NCBI GenBank assembly: GCA_963666275.2
Contig: CAXXOA010000002.1
Span: 32,001-96,000, forward strand
Direction of reading: 5' to 3'
Source of the DNA: Oceanispirochaeta sp.
GTDB taxonomy: Bacteria; Spirochaetota; Spirochaetia; DSM-2461
Length of the DNA: 64,000 nt
Positions 57,981 through 64,000 of the stretch are shown in pieces. How positions within the stretch are numbered: position 1 is the stretch's first letter; each line of letters opens with the position of its first letter. A program made the translations under genes and the position numbers. The notes under the pieces were generated by a model, which saw nothing but the letters and a program-made list of their open reading frames with translations, was not told the origin of the DNA and did not search any database.

Positions 57981-59036
57981 GTGCCCCTGAAAAACCTGAA
58001 TGACAACTCACTCTATCAGGAAATACTTCTGGATTTCTTCAGAAAGGTCTATGAGGGAGAAATTCAGCCGGATCACCAGTTTCCTCCGGAAAGGAAGCAG
58101 GCAGAGGAGCTTTCCGTCAGCCGGGGAACCGTCCGGAAGGCCCGCCAGCTTCTGGAGGAGGCCGGATACATATCCAACACTCAGGGCCGGGGAGCCGTCT
58201 ATACCCCTCTGAAAGGAAGAGCTCCCGGAAAAATGGAAATCATTGCCGTTGTGGTCCCGGTTCATAATCCTTTTTTTATGGCCTACTACAGAGCCTTTGA
58301 AAGGGAAGCTGAGAAATGCGGGATCCTGGTGGTGATTAAACAGCTGGACCTTGAAAATGCCGCAGGGCTGAAACATGTTCTGTTTTCACTCTTTCTCAAG
58401 GGAATCAGGGATATTGTTTTCTGGCCCTATGACATCCAGCTGGAGGACAGGTATATCGAACGGCTGAGCGGCCTGGGTATGAATTTTCTCTTCTTTGATG
58501 CGGTCAGGAATGACAGATTCTGCGACTATGTGAGCGTTGATAACCGGGATGCCCTGAACAGGCTGTACCAGGCCCTGAAGACCAGAGGGGCAGAACGGAT
58601 TGCCTATCTGGGATGGGACAATCAGATCCTCTCAAGCAACAGAGAGAGAGAAAAATGCTTCCGGAATCTGATGTCCTCAAAAGATATTATCCTAAGACTG
58701 CCCTGGAATCAGGAAACCATCCCGTCAGAGAGTCTGAGCGATCTTGTCCCCCTTCCGGCCTGTATCAGAGAAGACAAAATCGGAGGATTTCTCTGCGGAA
58801 ACGGCCATATCGGCATTCTCCTTAAAAAGTATCTGCGGGAGAACGGATTTGATCGCATCCCTGTTGCCACTGTGGACAACTACCCGGCCTCGGGGGATCT
58901 GGATATAACGGTCTATGAACAGCCCTTCCAGAAAATGGGAGAGTTTTCCTTTCGCAGGCTGAAGGACAGAAGCGAATCTCCTGAACAGTGGATTTCAAAA
59001 ACGACCTTTCTGAAGGGAACTCTTATCGAGAGGTAA
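57981..59036 (+). CDS. GntR-HTH / LacI-type effector-domain regulator (AraR architecture)
   Basis: FPPER..AEELSVSRGTVRKA..LL...G....QGRG plus periplasmic-binding-protein-like C-terminus (VSVDN, ITVYEQPF..MG). Confidence 0.88.
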   Translation: MPLKNLNDNSLYQEILLDFFRKVYEGEIQPDHQFPPERKQAEELSVSRGTVRKARQLLEEAGYISNTQGRGAVYTPLKGRAPGKMEIIAVVVPVHNPFFMAYYRAFEREAEKCGILVVIKQLDLENAAGLKHVLFSLFLKGIRDIVFWPYDIQLEDRYIERLSGLGMNFLFFDAVRNDRFCDYVSVDNRDALNRLYQALKTRGAERIAYLGWDNQILSSNREREKCFRNLMSSKDIILRLPWNQETIPSESLSDLVPLPACIREDKIGGFLCGNGHIGILLKKYLRENGFDRIPVATVDNYPASGDLDITVYEQPFQKMGEFSFRRLKDRSESPEQWISKTTFLKGTLIER

Positions 59037-59043
59037 AAAAAAT

Positions 59044-59065
59044 GCTGCCCCGTTACCGGAGCAGC
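59044..59065. terminator. Hairpin between convergent operons
   Basis: GCTGC...GCAGC stem preceded by an A-run. Confidence 0.5.
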
Positions 59066-59077
59066 TACATTTAATGC

Positions 59078-60010
59078 TTATTTGGCAGAGTATTTGCCAC
59101 TCATCTGATCGGAAATAACACAGAACTGATCAATTTCCATCTTCTGAGATTCGGTCATCTGTCTCAGACGGGCATCCTGTCTCCGGCTGATAAGGTTGGT
59201 AAATACACCTTCCTTCATCAGGGAGTAACGGGCATTGGCCGGATAGAACTGGCACTCAATGGTGGAGGCATTTCCGAGATAGCTCTGAAGAACTTCAGCC
59301 TCATCACCCATTTCCTTCCAGCTGCTGCACAGTTTATGGTACAGATCCGTGTGGAAGTTGGTCATAATACCGCTGTATCCGGAATAGCCGGCTTTCAGGC
59401 TGTACAGAAGAGTCGCCGCATTGGCATTGAAAAGTTTCAGGCTGGAACCTTTTACAATTTCCGCTCTTTCCGTAATCATTTCAGGAGAACAGCAGGTGTC
59501 CTTAACAAACTCAAAACGTCCTGTCTTCACAAGTTCTTTCATCACTTCTGCGGAAAGGACCCGTTTGTAGGGATAGGGGCATTCATAAAATCCCAGGGGG
59601 ATATCCGAAGGAAGCAGTTTAATCAGCTTTTCCAGATTACTCAGCCAGATATCATCCCCTTCCCAGGGCGCGGCAAGACGGTTGGAAACCAGAACAAGAG
59701 CATCCGCTCCCGCTTCGGCCATATCATTCAGGTCCTGAGCCTGCTCTTCAATCACATCGGAAACATGACCTGAAGCCATCACAGGGTACCGGCCGGCAGT
59801 GATTTCCACGGTTTTACGGCACAGTTCTTTCCTCTCATTCCGGGAAAGTTCAAACATGGCACTGGACTGACAGACTGCGAACAGACCGTCAATTCCTCTA
59901 CCGATGTACCACTCAATAAGTCTTTCCAGAGCGGCGTAGTCGATGGACAGATCTGTATTGAAAGGGGTTAACATTGTCGGATAAACCCCGCTTACAATTT
60001 CTTTTCTCAT
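59078..60010 (-). CDS. DHDPS/N-acetylneuraminate lyase family protein (probable sugar-acid aldolase or dehydratase)
   Basis: GVYPTMLTPF, IDY..L..LI, GADA, FYECPYP (Tyr), VKDTC (Schiff-base Lys). Confidence 0.85.
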   Translation of the reverse strand: MRKEIVSGVYPTMLTPFNTDLSIDYAALERLIEWYIGRGIDGLFAVCQSSAMFELSRNERKELCRKTVEITAGRYPVMASGHVSDVIEEQAQDLNDMAEAGADALVLVSNRLAAPWEGDDIWLSNLEKLIKLLPSDIPLGFYECPYPYKRVLSAEVMKELVKTGRFEFVKDTCCSPEMITERAEIVKGSSLKLFNANAATLLYSLKAGYSGYSGIMTNFHTDLYHKLCSSWKEMGDEAEVLQSYLGNASTIECQFYPANARYSLMKEGVFTNLISRRQDARLRQMTESQKMEIDQFCVISDQMSGKYSAK

Positions 60011-60046
60011 TCTATTTAATTCCTCTAAATATATAATCCGGAAGTC

Positions 60047-61342
60047 CTACATCCCCAGAAGTCTGGGAAGGAACAGAACAACACCCGGTACATAGGTAAC
60101 AAAAAACAGTACCCCGAAAAGCACAAGGAGCATGGGCAGGATCTCTTTAATAACCTCTTTCAGAGGAGTTTTGGAGATACCCGAAACAACAAAAAGGAGC
60201 ATACCGAAGGGCGGCGTCGAAAGACCGATCATCATGTTCAGAGTGATCATAACGCCGAAGTGGACAAGGTCGATCCCCAGGGCATTGATCAGCGGAAGAA
60301 CAATGGGGATGAAAACCAGAGTGATACACATGGTGTCAATGAACATACCCAGAATGATAAATACAATGTTGATCAGAAGCAGAAGAACATACTTGTTGTT
60401 TGTTACTGTCAGCAGCCAGCCGGCCACAGCGTCGGGAATGTGTTCAATCGCAACGATATAGGAAAAGGCATAGGCTGTTCCTACAAGAAGCGAAAGAGTT
60501 CCCGTTGTTTTTACTGTGTTGAGAACAACAGTGCCCAGCTGCTTGATTCCCATAGCCTTGTAGACAAAAAAGGAAACAAGGATGGCATAAAGGGCAGCCA
60601 GAGCTCCCGCCTCGGTGGGGGTTACGATTCCCGTATAGATACCGCCAAGGAGAACAATCACAGAAAGGAGAGCCGGCATGGCTTTTCCCGTAATGGACAT
60701 GGTTTCTTTGAAAGAGAGTTTTTCACCTCTGGGGTAGTTCCGGATTTTGGCAATCACCGCAATGTAGACCATAAGGGCGGCGCCCACAAGAAGTCCCGGG
60801 ATCATACCACCGATAAAAAGAGCCCCGATAGAAGCTCCCGAAAGCATGGAGTAGAAGATCATGGGAATACTGGGAGGAAAGATCGGGCCGATTGTCGCGG
60901 AAGCGGCGGTTACGGCACTGCTGAATCCTCTTTCGTATCCATTGTCGTTCATGGCTTTGATTTCCATCATTCCCAGTCCGGAAGCATCTGCCAGAGCAGA
61001 ACCGGTCATACCTGAAAAGATAATGGACGCTACAACATTCACATGCCCCAGGGCACCCCTTCTCCGGCCGACGACTGCGTTGGCAAATTTGAAGATCATA
61101 TCGGTCACTCTACCTGTATTCATGACTTCAGCCATAAAAACAAAAAGAGGCACAGCGATAAGAACAAATTTGGAGTTCATGTTGGTCAGGAACTGTGTGG
61201 CCGCCATTCCCATATCTGCCGCAGGACCGGTAGCCAGGGCAAAGTAGAAAAGAGACGCCATAAGCATACCCGGAGCGATAGGAATCCGGATGAGAAAAAT
61301 CAGGACAAAACAGATGAGAAAAACTAACAAGGGCAGACTCAT
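60047..61342 (-). CDS. dctM: TRAP transporter large permease
   Basis: AVPLF, SGMTGSALAD, IFPPSIPMI, TPTEAG, TPPFG. Confidence 0.93.
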   Translation of the reverse strand: MSLPLLVFLICFVLIFLIRIPIAPGMLMASLFYFALATGPAADMGMAATQFLTNMNSKFVLIAVPLFVFMAEVMNTGRVTDMIFKFANAVVGRRRGALGHVNVVASIIFSGMTGSALADASGLGMMEIKAMNDNGYERGFSSAVTAASATIGPIFPPSIPMIFYSMLSGASIGALFIGGMIPGLLVGAALMVYIAVIAKIRNYPRGEKLSFKETMSITGKAMPALLSVIVLLGGIYTGIVTPTEAGALAALYAILVSFFVYKAMGIKQLGTVVLNTVKTTGTLSLLVGTAYAFSYIVAIEHIPDAVAGWLLTVTNNKYVLLLLINIVFIILGMFIDTMCITLVFIPIVLPLINALGIDLVHFGVMITLNMMIGLSTPPFGMLLFVVSGISKTPLKEVIKEILPMLLVLFGVLFFVTYVPGVVLFLPRLLGM

Positions 61343-61833
61343 ATTTTATACTCTCCTGATTTTAAAAGTTTCAGATCTTTGACAACATCTATGGTGAACC
61401 GACCAATCATAAAAGCCAGAAAAATGACAAAGGGGAAGAAAACTATATCCATCGGAATTTTCAGAACATTCGATTTTTTATAGTTCATGAAGTGAACATA
61501 ATTCCAAGACGGAATCAGTCCGATAATAAAGGAAACAATCAGCAGAATATTTCCTGAGATTCTCATCCAGAGTTGAGCTAAAGGACCCACCGAATCGTAT
61601 AACATGGTGAACATAACATGGGAATCATCTCTTTTGGCAAAAATTCCCCCCAGCAGGGAGGTCCAGATAAAACACATAAGAGAGAGTTCCAGGGTCCATG
61701 TGAGGGGTCTGAAAAAGTAACGGAATACAATCCCCAGTATAAAAACAAGGAATAAAACAGAAAAAGCGGTAAAGGGAATATAGACCTCTACCGTATCAAC
61801 TAGGAATTTACCTATTTTTTGAATTTTCTTCAT
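61339..61833 (-). CDS. dctQ: TRAP transporter small permease
   Basis: FRYF....WT.EL...FIW...LG......H; 4 TMs. Confidence 0.88.
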   Translation of the reverse strand: MKKIQKIGKFLVDTVEVYIPFTAFSVLFLVFILGIVFRYFFRPLTWTLELSLMCFIWTSLLGGIFAKRDDSHVMFTMLYDSVGPLAQLWMRISGNILLIVSFIIGLIPSWNYVHFMNYKKSNVLKIPMDIVFFPFVIFLAFMIGRFTIDVVKDLKLLKSGEYKI

Positions 61834-61863
61834 ATATAAAGCCTTCTATCAATAGTTAATCCC

Positions 61864-61882
61864 GTCCGGAGCTTCTCCGGAC
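61864..61882 (-). other. Intercistronic stem-loop after dctP
   Basis: GTCCGGAG-CTT-CTCCGGAC. Confidence 0.55.
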
Positions 61883-61898
61883 AGGACCTTATCTACTA

Positions 61899-62927
61899 TT
61901 AATCTACCAGAGCCTGAACTTCTGCATACAGATCCATATCCCAGTCTTTTGAGATATCTTTGCTGTCATTCAGATAGGAGTTCTGAGCGTATTCGGCAAA
62001 TGCCTGAACATCCGGATCATCGATAATAGTCATACCTTCGCCTCTGAAGAAATCCAGGATTCCCGCTTCGGTTTCAAGGTTGGTTGTATCACAGTATTCA
62101 CGAGCTACATCTACAGCCTGAAGAACCCATTCTTTCTGCTGATCAGTAAAGGACTGCCATTTCTTTTCGTTGATTGTAGGCCAGGTGGAATCAACAACAT
62201 GGTTGGTCAGTACGATGTATTTTGTTACTTCGTAGAATTTGGCGTTTTTGTCGGTTGCCAGGGGGTTATCCTGACCTTCAACAGCGCCGGTTTTCAGTCC
62301 CATGTAAACTTCATTGAAAGACATGGGAGTGGGGTTGCCGCCGAGAGCTTTTCCAAGGGCAATCCATGAAGGAGATCCGGGAACTCTCAGTTTAACACCG
62401 TCCATATCGGCAGGAGTTCTGACAGGACCCACTTTGTCAACAAGGTTCAGCTGTCTGGTACCGAGGTAGTAAGCTCCGAGAGGTCTGATCCCCTGAGAAT
62501 CCACAACATCCTGGAAAACCTTCTGTCCGATCTCGCCATTGAAAACTTTGGTCATGTGCTCATAACCCTGAAAGGTATAAACAGCAGAGAACATGGAAAG
62601 GTAGGGAACAAACTCAGCCAGCCAGGGAGCACTGGTGTAAACCATATCAACAGTTCCCTGACGAACGGCAGCCTGCTCACCTTCCTGTGAATAGAGCTGA
62701 CCGGAGTGATAAACATTCACGATCATGGATCCGTCGGAGATTTTCTCCAGTTCTTCTTTGAATACAGTCATAGCTTCAGTATGGGCATCGCCTGGAACAC
62801 TGACTGAAGAGAAGTTGATTTCAATAGGTTCGGATGAGGCAGCCGCTGTCTGGCTTTCATCCTTCTGTTTACAGCCGCCGAAAACAATCAGGCCTGCAAG
62901 CAGCAGAAAAAATACAGTCTTTTTCAT
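61899..62927 (-). CDS. dctP: TRAP substrate-binding lipoprotein (DctP/SiaP family)
   Basis: Lipobox FGGC; G.KLRVP (conserved carboxylate-binding Arg), PTPMSFNEVY.GL.TG.VEGQDNP, FYEV.KY. Confidence 0.92.
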   Translation of the reverse strand: MKKTVFFLLLAGLIVFGGCKQKDESQTAAASSEPIEINFSSVSVPGDAHTEAMTVFKEELEKISDGSMIVNVYHSGQLYSQEGEQAAVRQGTVDMVYTSAPWLAEFVPYLSMFSAVYTFQGYEHMTKVFNGEIGQKVFQDVVDSQGIRPLGAYYLGTRQLNLVDKVGPVRTPADMDGVKLRVPGSPSWIALGKALGGNPTPMSFNEVYMGLKTGAVEGQDNPLATDKNAKFYEVTKYIVLTNHVVDSTWPTINEKKWQSFTDQQKEWVLQAVDVAREYCDTTNLETEAGILDFFRGEGMTIIDDPDVQAFAEYAQNSYLNDSKDISKDWDMDLYAEVQALVD

Positions 62928-62985
62928 CGATTAAGACTCCTTTTGTCTTATTTGGAATTTTCTGATCTCTTTGATCACGTCACCT

Positions 62986-63058
62986 ATAGTAATATGACTT
63001 ATGTCACATGTCAACTTATAAATATAACAGTTGACATATGTCGCAGGCAGGGTAAAAT
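62986..63058. promoter_or_regulatory. Back-to-back sigma-70 promoters with TGAC-N4-GTCA-like operators
   Basis: Minus: TTGACA (63014-63009)-N17-TACTAT; plus: TTGACA (63031)-N16-TAAAAT; palindromes TGACTTATGTCA (62995-63006) and TGACATATGTCG (63032-63043). Confidence 0.7.
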
Positions 63059-63089
63059 AAAGGAAATATTTCTTGTATAATGGACAATT

Positions 63090-63818
63090 ATGGAAAAGAT
63101 GAGAGGAATTACTCCTTTAAAGAAAATGAAGATTTCTGACGAAGTCACACATGCAATAGAGAATATGATCATTGAGAACAACCTCTGCCCGGGAGACAAG
63201 CTTCCTTCTCAGGCGGAACTGTCCGAACAGCTCCAGGTAGGAACGCGGTCCATACGCGAGGCCATCCGGACCCTGGAATCCCGGGGCATGGTGGAAACCC
63301 TTCAGGGCAAAGGGGTTTTTGTTAAAGAGAACAACATGGACTACTTTATGGAAACCCTGATGGGTTCCTTTGTATTCCATTTCCCCGAGCAGAAGGACCT
63401 GCTGGTGGATCTAACCAACACAAGACGGGTCATAGAATCCCAGTCTATCCATGATGTAGCGGAAAACCCGCCCAAGGGATTCATCTCTTTCTTTTCCAGA
63501 CTCATTGAAGAACTGGACGAAAAGGCTCTTCAGAAAGATATCGATGCCTACAACATGCTGGATATGGAGCTCCACCGCAGCATCATAGACGCCACTGAGA
63601 ACAAGATTCTGATCTCACTGTATAAACACCTGACTGATCTTCTTATCCGCTCATTCAGCCGGACAGGGCAGGTCAGAGGCAGCCTGGAAACCAGCATCAG
63701 AGACCACCACAACATGCTCCAGGCCATAACGGCCAGAGACGGCGACACAGCAAAAGAGATAATGGAAAAACACATCAATATGACACTGGATAAAATCAGG
63801 GAAATGTCTGTGGTTTAA
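63090..63818 (+). CDS. FadR/GntR-family transcriptional regulator
   Basis: PGDKLPS..EL...LQVG..SIREA...L...G.VE..QGKG.FV; FCD domain with D..LH, HH, H. Confidence 0.92.
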   Translation: MEKMRGITPLKKMKISDEVTHAIENMIIENNLCPGDKLPSQAELSEQLQVGTRSIREAIRTLESRGMVETLQGKGVFVKENNMDYFMETLMGSFVFHFPEQKDLLVDLTNTRRVIESQSIHDVAENPPKGFISFFSRLIEELDEKALQKDIDAYNMLDMELHRSIIDATENKILISLYKHLTDLLIRSFSRTGQVRGSLETSIRDHHNMLQAITARDGDTAKEIMEKHINMTLDKIREMSVV

Positions 63819-64000
63819 AGGCCGTCCGCCAGCTGCAGAAGCCCTGAATTATGATGGGAGGTTCTGTTCCTTCCCGCCTTTTTGGATTTATAGAGGGCTT
63901 TGTCCGCCCTTTTTATCATCGTACTGCTCTCCAGCTGTTCATAGCCGTTATGAGTCGCCACTCCCAGGCTCACAGTCACTTTGAGAGTATTCCCCTGATA
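63815..64000 (-). CDS. GGDEF (diguanylate cyclase) domain protein, 3' end only
   Basis: Manual translation: ...LKVTVSLGVAT...MIKRADKALYKSKKAGRNR...GL*; its stop overlaps the gntR stop. Confidence 0.85.
   Translation of the reverse strand, partial: YQGNTLKVTVSLGVATHNGYEQLESSTMIKRADKALYKSKKAGRNRTSHHNSGLLQLADGL

Noticed and set aside
59078..60010. dapA or nanA call
   Set aside because: GxTGE motif replaced; catabolic TRAP context without nanK/nanE
63033..63042. GACATATGTC shared with the Crp-type palindrome at 19216-19225, suggesting a common regulator
   Set aside because: Flanking bases differ and each site has its own adjacent regulator; probably coincidental
1..64000. CRISPR arrays, tRNA/rRNA genes, IS elements, prophage genes
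   Set aside because: No regularly spaced repeats, cloverleaf or rRNA-like tracts, transposase, integrase or phage ORFs seen by eye

Overview
A 64 kb chromosomal segment, most likely from a free-living anaerobic spirochaete (inferred from the spirochaete-type SSB paralogue, MCP and 'FAGG-QE' lipoprotein-like binding-protein leaders). It is dominated by carbohydrate/organic-acid uptake and catabolism loci with local regulators: two YtfQ/YtfR/YtfT/YjfF-type sugar ABC systems, a polar amino-acid ABC system, a tripartite tricarboxylate (TctABC) locus with two flavoproteins and an SDR, a TRAP locus with a DHDPS-family lyase, and a DeoR-controlled polyol-like operon. It also carries lysA, nfnAB, a core methionine synthase with metR, a flavinylated flavocytochrome-c-type reductase, higBA and an orphan Phd antitoxin. 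The two strongest candidates for undescribed systems are (1) a soluble histidine kinase whose input domain is an ABC-transporter ATPase domain, paired with a sigma-54 response regulator and facing a sugar ABC operon with a clear sigma-54 promoter, and (2) a glycyl radical enzyme with an atypical RIHGT glycyl loop plus its activase and regulator. I saw no rRNA, tRNA, CRISPR array or IS element. All calls are from motif reading by eye; no searches were run.
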